Assembly (NCBI RefSeq): GCF_023055435.1
Contig: NW_025964367.1
Coordinates: forward strand, 992,001 to 1,056,000
Direction of reading: 5' to 3'
DNA length: 64,000 nucleotides
From: Haliotis rufescens
Lineage: Eukaryota
The notes under the pieces were generated by a model. That model saw only the letters and a list, made by a program, of their open reading frames with translations, had not been told where the DNA came from and ran no database searches. The position numbers and the translations under genes were made by a program. Shown here in pieces: positions 32,758 through 46,166 of this stretch (its first letter is position 1; each line of letters starts with the position of its first letter).

Positions 32758-33692
32758 GGGGTCATATGCGGATAGAGATGCAAATATCAAAGGTCAAGTA
32801 GGGACTAATTTCACTGTTTACAAACAAACATGGCGTCGTCCTCGTCATTTTGGCGATCGAGTCAGAATTGACCATCGGGAATATGGATAAACTACAGGGA
32901 TAATAGCTATCATTATCAAAAGAACAGTCAAATATACTGAAAATCAGTGTCTGACTGTGACGCAGCTAAGGCATTTTATAAGTTTTTGCAACTTTGGAGA
33001 TATAAATTTCGAAACAGTTTTGCGAGGGCACTAGGCCTAGCCAAGCGGGATCAGTAGACACATCTGTGTTTGTAGACCTCTGCGACTTGAAACCTTCTCC
33101 ACAAATTAAAATAGTTGGATTTGGCCGAAATATGTTTGAATTGTTACCTTGTTTCCTTTTCTCGCTGTGTGTACATCTGACTAAACTTCTTAACGTTATA
33201 ACAGGACAGACCGACTGTCAACAACGTCTGAACGTGGCCGTGACGTCTCAAAGGCTAGGGTTAGAGTAGCTTCCCTTTGGCAAAGGGCAGTTACTCTAGC
33301 GGACAGACCGATGGATTGCCGCGAAAGGCAATTAAAAACAATTGTTGTTTTGCGTATATGTTGCTTCGCCACTGTATAAGAAACAGATTTCAGTTGGAAT
33401 GATATTGGCTAATGTCACTGTCCGACTGACACATCACTTACCCTGTGACGTAAAAAAAATTAATGCGCGCATTCCAGGAAAACTCGCAATGTTTCGGTAA
33501 TGTTTGTGAGAGAGGGAAAGCGATTTTGTAGCACAGAATTAAAGAAGGACATTATATGATAAAAAGGTTATCAGGTTATCACGCTTGTGTGTTTGGGGAT
33601 GGAAAATATCCTGTGTTAGGAATAAACACTATGTGTTTAGCGAGCCAAATGCAGGAAATTTACCATCCCCAAACACACTCGCGTGATAACCT
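32758..33692 (+). mobile_element. Second copy of the palindromic-module non-autonomous element
   Basis: Homologous to 23510-24408; hairpin at 33573-33692. Confidence 0.7.
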
Positions 33693-33875
33693 CTATTTAT
33701 TTTTATTTGATAATAAATTCTATCCATTTTAACAGTCGGGCAGTTAATGGAAGACCTCGGGCTTCTGCAAATGATAATGCCCTGAAAAATAGCGTTACCC
33801 TTATATCAACCACTGATCCACCAATGTCATTAATTAATTATTTATTGCTACCGTCTTCACAATACTCATTGAATG

Positions 33876-34085
33876 ACCCGTGCAGATCCGGGGTAGAATA
33901 GTTCTTCAGCAACCCATGCTTGCCGTAAAAGGCGACTTACGGGATCGGGTGGTCAGGCTTGTTGACTTGATTGATGATGCATGTCATCGTATCCCAATTG
34001 CGTAGATCGAGGCTCATGACGTCGATCACTGGATTGTCTGGTCTGGAAAATTGCAGAGTGTGGCAGTAAACAATTTGGTTTGTTT
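33876..34085 (+). mobile_element. SINE family C
   Basis: acccgtgcagatccggggtagaatagttcttcagcaacccatgcttg... Confidence 0.75.
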
Positions 34086-34765
34086 ATAAATTAAAAAATA
34101 GTTTAATGAATTGATTCCAACTTAATACGGCTGCGAATTGCCCGATCCAAGTTTCTCTAAGAAAGAGCAGGCATATTCAAAGAACACACTGTAACATCAC
34201 AAAAAATGTTTGTTTCCATAAATTTATCTTTTCAGAAAAATCATACTTCTTACACAGTAGTGGTTTGCCACGTAACGTAACCAAAGTGAATCAAAGACTT
34301 GCATGGTTTGATGATAGACTTGCATAATGAATGATCATGGATTAGAAGGTGCAAAAACAGGTATGCCGTTTTCTTCGGTGTGTATTCTGGTGAACAAAGT
34401 GACACGTCTAAACACAGTTTTATTAACTGTAATTGTTGAGGCTAACTACGCTCATCATGACGTCACAGTTGAGTGTACAAACATCTTTCCACAACATAAA
34501 CACATGACGAGAGCACCATGACAGACGTATTACTTCCAAACAAGTTGTGGCCATTAAACCATACATTAATAACATGTTTAATCTATACCACTCAAAATAG
34601 GTTAAGGGTCACCCAATTCCGTCACATTACTAAAGTTAATCTGACATAGTACGACAGATTAACTATAGTAATATGAAGAATCCAATCAATCTCATTAAAA
34701 TCAGAACTTAGTTCTCGCTATCGCTAAACAAAGATCTGAGGACATCCCATTACTGATGACGTAAG

Positions 34766-35580
34766 AACGACCTTTCATCCGACAAATCAAAGCGTGGCTT
34801 ACTAGATCATGAAAGTGAGTCGGAATGCGTTTTCTAATCATGCAACCTCGAAAGCGTTAACACTGTGTATTCCGAACGACAGTTACGGCCCGTACGACTG
34901 ATTCCGTCAAAATCATCGTCTATCTCTGCTTCCGAGGGATAAACATTTGAACGAAGGAGGCGTTGCACCGTACGTAGGAAGCACTGCCATACAATCTCAA
35001 CCATATGGTAGACATTCCGGAATGTTCGTTTGTTCAGTTTCCAAATTTTAATCGAGAACTGTGTCAACATATTTTTCAAGCTAGTCTGAAATGGAAGTCG
35101 CCAGGTTGAAACGAGTGCCGTAAAGCTTGAGAAAATTACTTCTAATTGGCTGATGTATATTTTACGAAACTGTGTGCTCAAACATAAATATATACAGATG
35201 TATATAGAATCGAAGAATGACATTATAAGATAAAAATGTTATCACGCTTGTGTGTTTGGGGATAGTATATACCCTGTGTCAGGGAAAACAAACTATGTAT
35301 TCAGCTCGCTAAATACAATGTTTATTCCAAATACAGGATGTTCACCATCCCCAAACACACAAGCGTGATAACCTCTATGTACGTGACACTGCATTAAAAT
35401 GTTTGTTGTTTTACGGAGTTTTTTAACGCATTTTGATGACGCTTCTTTCGACAACAAGACGAAGTGTCAATGAAATAAGGGAAATACCTTATAACTGTCT
35501 TTACATCAACGGATAATCTGGTGTAAAGTATTAAATAACTTCGGTATTTTTTATGTATATTTGAAAGTCCATTATCGTAA
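34766..35580 (-). mobile_element. Non-autonomous element with RecQ-like N-terminal relic and the same palindromic module
   Basis: Minus strand 34973-34996 encodes DCMAVLPT (start of RecQ motif I). Hairpin at 35238-35374. 34766-34890 is homologous to 42737-42860. Confidence 0.6.
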
Positions 35581-36323
35581 AATCGTAAATATCTTCTCGT
35601 GGCCCATGGTAAAACGAGACACCTTCAGAATCAAGGGTCAACTGACCCACATGACTCCACTGTGAATGGCATATGTGACAGGTCCTTATTTAGTATGGAT
35701 GCCAGGGCAGAGGTGATCTGACTGCACCCGATACTGCATCACAAGCACAGGTCAGCCTAATGATCCCTGATGCAGGAGGCAGATGCTGGTGCCACCCAAG
35801 CCTAATCTCCCTAAAAAGACGTGATTCAATGTATTGTGTTGATATTGCCCCTATTCTGTAAAACATGATCATGTACTTGTGCCTTGAATTGTTTTCTTCT
35901 AGACTTGAATTTCGGGTAGATTGACAATGCTTGTTTCAAACTTGTCAAATAAGAGATTGATTAACAGTTTTCTTCAATAATTGTACTGGTCATTTCTTGT
36001 GCAGACATTTGTTTTTGTTTGGGAGGATTATTGTTTTCACTTTCATTACTCTCCTTCATAGAACAGCATAACGTGAACCTCAAACAAGAGTTTGTATCTG
36101 TGGAGTGTCATATCTTAATTACCGCCGTAATATTACTGGAATATTGAGTAAGGCGTAAAACACTCATATTTTAATTTGACCGATGCAATGCGTTTATACA
36201 TATGAAGTGTGTATGGAGATACATGTACCATACTTTCATCTCCAGGTGTTTGTCTACAAGTAATAATACGCTGTATCATCGCTTCCAGAGTAATGTTTTC
36301 CAATTCTACCTTTGGACTTTCAG

Positions 36324-39300
36324 ATACAAGGCAACTTAATGCTGGCCTCGGCAACACAGTTTGTGCTGGGAGCCACCGGCCTTGTTGGCTTCTTTCTCAG
36401 GTTCATCGGTCCGCTCACTGTCGCCCCGACGATCACAGTCATAGGACTGTATATAGGACAGTTTGCCTTGTCACTTTGTGAGCAGCACTGGGGAATAGCT
36501 TTTCTGTAAGTGTCAACCCGTCTGAACGCCGCTCGTTGTGTTGTGGAACACTCAGCTCATGCTTTATGCAACATGACACAATCTGAGTGCTCGACACTCG
36601 TAACAATCATATTCTGTCGTACACTTTCGAGAGTCGCTGCGCTACGTTTGTGTGGTGGTACTATGCTCTGGCTATTTCGCCTTACTTGGGTTCTAGGAAC
36701 CGTGTCATGATTCTCTGGCGATTGAATAACTAGAATCGGTTTCTGTACTCTGTCGAAAATACATTCTTCTGTTTGTTCCCAATTTCATTGTTACCGTGGT
36801 ACTTTTCAATCGTGCAAATCATGTAAAGAATATTCTATTATGTTTATGGTTAACTGTTGTATTGCAAACTATCCTTTCACCGTCGTATGAAAGTATCATG
36901 TCTTCGTGGTAGGGTGGAGATAATCCTACTTAGAGATGTGAATTGCGACAGAAACGAAAGCGTTCAGGCTAACATGATATGTTTCGAGTCAATATATACT
37001 AACAGAAAAAAGTAACTGTGCTTCGCATAAAGTGGTGAAAATGTGATGTTATTTGAAATAACGACATAATATTTGGTCATTCGTCTGATCAATGTTTTAT
37101 CATAATAATTGCATTGACAAAACCCATACCTGGCACCAGGTGACAGAGCAACACGCCCTAAAATAGGGGTTGTGTAACATCTCATTTAATAATGTCAATT
37201 TTGGGTGTGACCACCATTTGCGTTGATGCATGAGAGACAGCGGCAACGTATTGATGACACCAGATGATTGTAAAACTGCCCGGGGGATATCAAGCAAAGA
37301 TGGGCCCATCTGAACTAGCGTTACCGGTTGGTTCTGGTCCTGTCGTAGGAGTCTAACCATCTCATCCCAGACACGCTAAAGCTTTCTCCTGAACGACCGT
37401 AGAACATTGCGCGACCATCAGAGTTGTTCTCCTCTGTGAACAATATACTGCTCCAGCCTTGTCGTCTCAACCTGAGAAGTAAGGTGTAACGTGGAAGCAA
37501 AATTGGGCGTTCCGCGTAGTCGGATGTTGTTCCCCCTTCATCGGTTGCGTATGGTTCTGCGTAATTGGTCTCATTCCAGGACTCGCCCGAGCAGTTAATG
37601 TGGCAGTTTGGTATCGATTCCGGGTGTGGTCGACCGGTCCGAGGAAAATTATGAGTGTTGACTGCTGTGATAACGTCTCCGAAGATATATTCATTATGCG
37701 CTGTTCACATTCAAAAAGCACGTTTGGGAATATTTTGCCCCCAACAAACATACAAAATGTGCGCCGTGCATGATCATGCAAGTACACATTGTGAATCACG
37801 TGATGTCTCCATGAATATATATTGAAAGATACATTATTGAATTCCAGAAAATATTTTTATTGAACTTTATATGAAGCACATTTATGTTTTCCGTTAGTAT
37901 ACAACCATGTGAATACCTATCACAGAATGTTACACTCCACGTTGTTTCGAAGATGAATTTGATAGATATGCGTGTTCAGTGTCATCTTATATAAATGTTT
38001 TCCATGTCAGCATGTCACAGTAATGATGGCATACTTGACATATCTAGCTCTAAAGTATCATACTATGCACTGCAGCAGTGAAGGTAGTGTGATGGGCTAT
38101 TTGGATGAGTTATCGTTTGTCTCTAAGTGGATTGATTTATAACATTTCCTACAGGCACCTTACATGAATCGTGTCTCTGTATCATGCAAGTAAAGCTTAA
38201 ATGTGATGACTAATGACTTACGTCCGATTCTGAGTCCGAGTTGTTTACTTCAGATCCTTGGCGCTGATGATCATATTTGCCCTCTTCTTGTCCACCATTC
38301 GGGTTCCACTTGCAACATATTCAAAACGAGAGGGTTTCCATGCAAGTAGGACACCGATCTTTGAGCTGATACCTGTGAGTATAACAGGCATGTGTACTCG
38401 TTGTTGTGTTTCATGCATTGAATTCTGGATTACCCATTGATTATCTATCCATTCTATCATTATAAATACTATCGACCCATTATCTGTATTAGATACATCT
38501 TGAGTCCACGTCACGTGTGAGTGAGTGAGTGAGTGAGTGAGTGAGTGAGTGAGTGAGTTAAGATTTATGGTCACATCGACAGTATTTCGGCCATATCGTG
38601 CCTTAAACAAGTTACATATTAATAATTCATAAATTTAGAGCAGCAAAGACCTGTCGTCAATAGACAGTAAAACAACTGGAGTATCACAGATTTGTATTTA
38701 AAAGTAGCATGGAACGATAAAAGGGTTATGACTGTAACTGTTAATCTGAAGATAAACCAGCAAACAAAGTTAGGCCACCATGCCAGGGACCATGAGGACT
38801 TACGGTTATTTTAATTTAAATTTTTTACCGTACTTCTGCTATATGTTAACCAGCAAGATTTACACCATCCCTCTGGTTACTGGCGATTGTTAGAAAGTTA
38901 AGCCGACAATTAAAATTACGAGTATGCTACGAATATGCTATGTAAAACTATGGCAGGAATAAATGTGGTCGTTCATACTCTCCCAGGGGGAAAATAATTT
39001 TACGCTACTTCAAACCCATTTGAGAGTATTGCCACTAACAATCTCAATTATCAAATTTACTCATGCCTTTTAATATAATTTTTTTTCAATTTTACAAAAA
39101 TATCCAAAAATGTTGTAACATGATATTTTTAAAAACAACAACAGATGATTAAATGAGAACTCTAGCTAATTAAAAGGCACGAGAGACATTCTTTGGGGCG
39201 TTACTGGTAAGGGAGATATACATTGTAATTCAACACGTCTACGTTTGAGATTAACCAGTCACGAATGCCTGCTGTAGCAGACTCAATGGGACATAAATGG

Positions 39301-42300
39301 CAAATAGTTATGAAAATTATATGTATTGATCAGTGATGACACCTGGTTTTCACAAAAAGGATAAGCAGGGATAGCAATTCATACGGGAAATTGTGGTTGT
39401 GAATGGGCCCGGGGTATTTATGACATTAACGTAGAGATTTAATACACTAGATATCCGAGATTGAAGACGTAGTAACTATTTGGCATCCTTGCCTATAATA
39501 ATTGGTATAAATCAATACTACTTAAACATGAAACGTCAACGCCAGAGAATATTCAGTCTCAATTATCTGCCGAAACTGATTTGGGCGTAAAAGGCAACAT
39601 AATCGTGAAAATTACATAAATGAATCACTGAAGATCAGTGATGACAACTGACATGGGTACAATGTGTGAAGCCCATTTCTGGTGTCCCCCGCCGTGATAT
39701 TGATGGAATATTGCTAAAAGCGGCGTGAAACCATACTCACTCACTCACTCACTATATTTATAAGCAGTATAACAAAGTAAAACCAATAACAAAAGAATAT
39801 CGAAATGCTCCTCAGGTCATCCTCTCCGTCGGGATTACGTGGCTCCTGTCGTTTGTCTTGACGGTGACGGACGTTTTACCCAGCAACTCCACCCAGCACG
39901 GGCATATGGCCAGGACTGACGTCAGAATCAACGCCCTCTACGATTCACCTTGGTTTTACTTTCCACTTCCGTGTAGGTATCGGTATCCAGCCCTTGGGAG
40001 TCCCGGTTAGAGTTGACCGCCAGTTGTTTGTAAGACGAAAATTAATGGTGGTTAGGATCGGTCAAATTTGTTCATTGCAATTAATATCAATGACTGGATT
40101 GTCTGGTCCAGACTCGATTATTTACATCCAGCTGTCATGCAGCTTGGTACGTGTTAGGTTTAACCAGAAACGCACAAACACACCTGTATCTGCATATTCA
40201 TAGAAACCCTTGACTGTCTATGATTAAAGTTTGAGAGCACCTGATTGCTATCCAACTGAAAATCTCAGTGCTTTGACAAAGTTGGTGGCATAAACAAATT
40301 GGGTCGCATGGTGTATTCAGAGGTGTACATATACACACGGCGGGATGTTTAAATTATAAGAGTAAATCGTGGATCCCATGCTGTGGGATTTCGATTTAGA
40401 AGACACAGTACTCGCTGTCTTACAGAGTTTCTAAAACCTCACAAGTCACACATATCTAGGTCACACATATCGGTGTTTTGTATACACTAGACACTGTAAC
40501 TTTGACCATTGTCAGGTGTACTGTTAACATGGAATTTATACAGGTATCTCAAAGATGAGAGACACGAATCATGCTACTCTATTAATTTCATAACATGTCT
40601 ATGCATGTACTACGCAGGCTTAGACCGCCTCCGTGGTCTAGCGGTAGAGCTTCCGCCTGGAGAACGGAAGGTCCGGGGTTCGATCACCCGTCGCTTCATA
40701 GCGAAAGACGTTAAAAGATGGTACTTGTTCTTACCCTGTCTGGCTCCCGGCATTAAGGTGCTAAAACAGGGACTTGTCAGCTTGGAGTCAGTATACTGTG
40801 TCTGAGTGGGGTATTGGTCATGGTAGCTAGCACGATAAATCGGCTTCAGACCTTACTAGTACAAGCAGCTACAAACACACACAAACACGTGCATGCACGC
40901 TATGTAAATGCAATAATCTTGGACGCGACGTTAACCCCAATTTCACCTCACCTCACCTACTTGGACTTGTTACCACCAAGTCACCCCGCACATTATATAT
41001 TCAGTTCAGTTTGGAATGCCTACAGTCAGTGCAGCAGGATACGTTGGAATGCTGGCCGCTACAATTGCTTCTACCATCGCATCTACCGGGGACTATTTCG
41101 CTACAGCGCGTGTGGCGGAAGTTGTTCCGCCGCCGCCTCACGCCGTGAATAGAGGTATAGCAACGGAGGGTTTTTCAAGCACTATCGGCGGAATGATTGG
41201 TGGAATCTGCGCAAGCACTTCCTACAGTGAAAATATAGGTGCCATTGCTATTACAAAGGTAGATATATTAAATATAACATAGATATAATACTATCAGTTA
41301 TGGTGTCACCCTCGCCCAATCTTTTTCTGCTAACCTAATATCACACCGTATACGGCAACTAAAGACACCATAACGAAATTAATATGCCGAAAAGTTTACA
41401 CTATTTGGTATGTTTGTCGCACGTCATGTCAAAACTTAAAACTCAAAACTTAACACTCACAACCTGAGACGTTAAGGGTCAAAGGGAGACTACTCTTCAA
41501 ACCTCAGAGGCCAAACCTTATTGATAATTTTAACTTTATATAATCTTTATTTAAATCATAAAGGTTATATAAAAAACCCATTAACGTCCTTGCCTTAAAA
41601 AATACTGATATTAAAACACAAAACAGTGTCGAAAAACGAACTTCTGCACCAGAATTTTCATGTGAAATATGTGAAGTGGGTGTTGGAAAATCCAAGATGG
41701 CTGTTACTGACGGTATACGGTCTCATATCAGGTCAGTAACAACCATCTTGGATTTTTACTGACGGTATACGGGCTCATGTGGGGTCAGTAGTTCTGCTCT
41801 CAGATTGGTAAATCTCACTTTTAAGGCATAATGAATATGTATATTATTTTTATAGATGTATGTTTTATACTAGTCATATGAACGCAATCAGTACGTCTAC
41901 TGTTTACACTTACTTCGATATGAAATAAATCTGATATTTATCATAGTGAGAAAAATGTACAACTTTAGACTATGGATTACAACTTCTGGTTTGTTGCATA
42001 CAGCGACATTTCGATGAAGATTTTATACCGTTATCAAGCCGGAGTGACAACCAAATAATGAGAGGAATATATGCATGACATGTTGTGAATAAGCAGCAGA
42101 TTAACATTGGCAACAACGGTAATAGATAACAAGTAGATAATTGGATGATTGGTTGGTTGGTTGGTTTGGTTGTTTTACGCCGCACTCAGCAATATTCCAG
42201 CTATATGACGGCGGTCTGTAAATAATCGAGTCTGGACCAGACAATCCAGTGATTGATATCATGAGCATCGATCCACTCAATTGGGATCGATGACGTGCTT

Positions 42301-45300
42301 CAACCAAATCAGCGAGACTGACCACTTGATCCCGTAAGTCGCCTTTTACAACAAGCATGAGTTGCTGAACACCTATTACACCGGATCTTCACGGGTTAGA
42401 TAATTGGGTGAAGCCAGGTCCAGTACAGGGTAAGGATTAAAGGAATTTTACAGTTATGACAAGCTGATTGGGTCCTAATTAAAATAGTCTATTGCTTAAT
42501 CAGATCTTCATAGGTAGACGATATGTAATACCCTTGATACCTCTGTTGATCAAAGCTTTGTGACGGCGGATTTCTATAGCATCTGAGGGTTTTCTTTTGA
42601 TGAAGTCCTGGTGTTTTATTGAGAGGATTTGGACTTTGTCAAACTTAATTTGATGGCTAGGGAATGTTTACTGGTGGTCGCTTTAAGCAATAAACCAGAC
42701 GTTGTTATCCATAAAGTTGTACGTTTTTCTTACTTACCTTTCATCCGACCAATCAGAGCGCCGCTTACCAGATCATGAAAGTGACAGTCGGAATGTGATT
42801 TCTAATCATGCAACCTCGAACACTGTAAAACGGGGTATTCCGAACGATAGTTACGGGCTTGACGACTGAATCTATACAATCTAGACCATATATTAGCCAT
42901 TCGAAAATGTTCTTTTGTTCAGGTTTCAAATTTTTAAGCGAGAATTTGTCAAGANNNNNNNNNNNNNNNNNNNNNNNNNNNNNNNNNNNNNNNNNNNNNN
43001 NNNNNNNNNNNNNNNNNNNNNNNNNNNNNNNNNNNNNNNNNNNNNNNNNNNNNNNNNNNNNNNNNNNNNNNNNNNNNNNNNNNNNNNNNNNNNNNNNNNN
43101 NNNNNNNNNNNATGAACACATGTTGTAGATTGCAAGCAGGAAGGTGTTTGTCACAGCCGGCATTCTCCTGGTTTTGGCTGGCGTGATTGGCAAGATCGGC
43201 GCTGTTTTCACTATCATCCCCGACCCTATCATTGGCGGGGTGAACCTCATCACCCTGGGTATGGTGACGGCCGTGGGCGTGTCCACACTGCAGTTCATTG
43301 ACCTCAGGTCGTCACGGAACCTCATGATAATCGGGACGTCAATGATGCTGGGACTGAAGATTCCCGACTGGATGGCTACACACTCCCAGGCCATTGATAC
43401 AGGTAGATAACCGAAAGAGAGAAGTGTCTCTCTCTTGTCAAGAAATGTTTCTCCAGTACAAACCTACCACAAATCTCGAAACAAATGACCAACTTGCCTT
43501 GTCTATCCCAAACAATACAGACTAAAGTCCTTCGGTGCTCGATCCTCCTCTCATCCAGATGCCTAAACTATGGAACCCCTTCCCTTCCGATTCAAAAGCG
43601 CCCCTAGTATAACTGTTTTTAAATATGGACTCAAAAGATTCAGCTCTTCGCGCGCTACAACTGAATGTGTATACTTTTATTATCTGTTAATAATATCGTT
43701 TAATATCTGGTATATTATATCTGTTGTGTAATACATGTACATATGCTATGTTGGGCATTGAGCATGTCCCTCAGCGGTGTGGAATTTTGCGATATAGAAA
43801 TAGCAATGCTATTATATAAAGATAACAATAAAGGATGCCGCAAAGAGGGTATGGGTGATCCTGGCAGTCAGGCTGGTTAGGCTTATCATCAGCTCAAAGC
43901 CCTTGACCCCTCTACGCGCAGCCCAGACAGCGAATTGGACTTCTCCCATCAAGGGCTGCCTTGTCAGACCCACCCAAAACTTTTCGGAGAATAGGAAGAA
44001 CACGGGTACTCTCACAATGTCAGTCAACAGAATGGGAGGTACAAAAACTAAGGCACCATAAACAATGGGAGTCGGACAACTTGGGATGCAAGCGTGACAT
44101 TTCGAAAGCGAGGACTGCATATTTGCCATGTTTTTCCTGAATCTTGTCAATTACATTAGTGTCAAAAGGGACAGAAATTACAATAACATAAATGATTTAT
44201 TAAAAAGGAAAAGATCAGGATTGTTGATCAGGGTAGGTCTGAGGCTGTACATGGGACTATTCCAAAGAACTTTGTATTTATCATTTCCCTCTACATATTC
44301 TGGGTCGTACCATGCAACCATGTTTTGTCCCGTTTTGGCTTGCGTTCATGCAATGGCGGCTTTGTCATGGCTAAAGATGAGAGATGTTTGTTGACATTAT
44401 TTATTTATTCTACATTGTACATTTTCTCTCATACCCCAAACCGTTGTTTCGATGACGTTTAACTGAAATTAGCGCGTTCTTCGGATCCTGGTCTAACCGC
44501 GCCTGCCTGTGTGAGGTCACGAAATTGTTTTACTCAACGTAAAATCTGTTGTGAGATATTTGTATAAATCACGAAAAAGGAATTAAGGCAAGTGTGACAT
44601 AAGTTTGCTATGAAGTTTTAATTTCCTAAAAAACTTCTGGGGCTTCTGGTTTTTCACGTGAGCAATTGGCTTGCCTTTGCTCGTAACTGCTTCCACCGGA
44701 AGGGCAGGATGCGAACACTTGGTATCACTGTTTGATGGGTGGTTCATAAACACATCTTCATGATATAGTCCGAATCGCATAATCGACTTTGCTATTAGCA
44801 GAGATTCCCTGTCTTAATTTTCTCTATCACGATTTCAAAGACTCTTGCTCAGAAATTGTTTGATCAAGGTTACAACATTCAAGGCCTCAGTAAGCTTTCA
44901 AAAAGTTTTATGGTAGACATGTGGAGGACATTTCCAAATTCGACTCATCACTGACAAAAATTATGTTCGTTGCAAGTCCCTATTTTGACGTGTACCATAT
45001 GTTCCATGTACCAGTTTTTATCAGGTGAATAATTGACTTGCCTTTGCATGTGTTTGTGACGGGTGCCACCGGTAGGGCAGGATACGCGCACCATTTTGCG
45101 AACACCTGGTATCATTACTATCTGATATTTATTCATAAACACTCATGATATAGTCGGAATCGTACAATCGACTCTACTTCACGCACAGACTTCTATTGGA
45201 TACGGAAAGGGTTTTTGTCATTTTAAATATAAATATTGAAAAGGTTTTGTCGTTTTTATTATTCATGTATAGAATATACTCAATGTAAACGCCGCAGACT

Positions 45301-46166
45301 CAGATATTAATTATACTATTATTCCCTCTGTAACTCGTATGAATGCTTTACAGGAAGTGCCAATTTTGACCAGGTGCTGACAGTGCTGCTGTCGACACCC
45401 ATGTTTGTTGCCGGATTCACTGGCTGCTTCCTGGATAACCTTGTGCCAGGTACACTCACATTGGATAAGTATCTATTCTTCCATCATCATTTATCGCAAT
45501 TCTCCATCATCAAGTTTGTTTCACCAAAGTCGTTAAGGTCTAAAACCTGCACCGATTGAGCTTTCTCTCCACACTAAGCAATAACAATGTGAATAGCAAT
45601 GAGAGGCATTCAAAGTAGGAGAAGAAAAGCAATAACACGTTTTTTTCTTTCGTTTACTTTTATTATTTCATCCGTACGACAATATGTATAAGAAACTATA
45701 TCCTTCCAATTTTACTTCTATTAACTTTTTTATTCGTATTACCATAACCGATTCCACATCTCAGAAAAAAATAACCAAGACAATGAGGTCATGAGTGCAT
45801 TGCCATTGGCTTCTTTGTGAAAAGCACTTTGATGGTATACGTAAACATATTCTTATTATCAATAAATAATGATGCTAATGACCTTTATTTATTGATTTAT
45901 ACGAAGGCACCGAAGAGGAGCGAGGCATTACGAAATGGCGTTTGAGTAAGGAAGGGTCTGGCGACTATTACATAACAGGCGAAGATACATACGAGTTTCC
46001 CTATGTCACTCAGTTCATCAGAAGGATAAAATGTTGTGGTTACTTCCCTATGTCTCCTACATTTGACAAGGAATTCAGCTGCGGTTGTTGTTGTAAGAAA
46101 AGGTCAAATAGTTCTTCATATGCTGTAGACAATCCCGTTGCGATGGGAAATATAGAGAAACTGTAG
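36324..46166 (+). CDS. SLC23/NCS2 (nucleobase-ascorbate transporter family) gene, 3' seven exons; 5' exons not found
   Basis: Exons 36324-36505, 38254-38374, 39816-39972, 41005-41258, 43129-43402, 45354-45449 and 45907-46166, all GT-AG and phase-consistent with no stops. Motifs [55 protein letters not shown] (NAT signature), SSRNL and [19 protein letters not shown] near 46968. Confidence 0.92.
37100..37750 (-). mobile_element. Degenerate Tc1-like relic in SLC23 intron
   Basis: Minus strand near 37390-37470 reads [13 protein letters not shown]...[15 protein letters not shown] (cf. W..ILFTDE...DGR..V.RR.GE.F). Confidence 0.45.
38518..38558. repeat. (GTGA)n microsatellite, probably a retroposon tail
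   Basis: About 10 gtga units. Confidence 0.85.
39650..39752 (+). mobile_element. 5'-truncated SINE family A
   Basis: 3' half of the family-A consensus with actcactc tail. Confidence 0.8.
40623..40958 (+). mobile_element. SINE family B, full length
   Basis: gaccgcctccgtggtctagcggtagagc head and (cctca)n tail. Confidence 0.85.
42148..42396 (-). mobile_element. SINE family C
   Basis: (ttgg)n tail plus family-C body. Confidence 0.8.
42955..43111. other. Assembly gap (157 N)
   Basis: Run of N ending 17 bp before an SLC23 exon. Confidence 1.
43440..43815 (+). mobile_element. L2-type LINE 3' fragment
   Basis: Encodes LKSFGARS...PKLWNPLP-like C-terminal remnant and ends in a gcgatatagaaatagcaatgctattat tail. 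Confidence 0.55.
44700..45175 (+). mobile_element. Penelope-like/retroelement relic with a duplicated terminal segment
   Basis: AFKKFYGRH at ~44893-44920; agggcaggat...catgatatagtc recurs at ~44701 and ~45074; related reverse fragments at ~420-555 and ~47570-47700. Confidence 0.4.

Noticed and set aside
41688-41756. Hairpin aaatccaagatgg...ccatcttggattt as miRNA or ncRNA
   Set aside because: aagatgg/ccatctt palindromes are typical MITE sub-repeats, and there is no independent evidence for an RNA gene.
42765-43394. 209-aa minus-strand ORF across the gap
   Set aside because: Artefact of Ns joining the antisense of an SLC23 exon to a RecQ-like relic.
43830-44400. GC-richer, coding-like stretch in an SLC23 intron
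   Set aside because: Stops in the frames I tried and no family I could recognise. Probably a TE relic; needs BLASTx.
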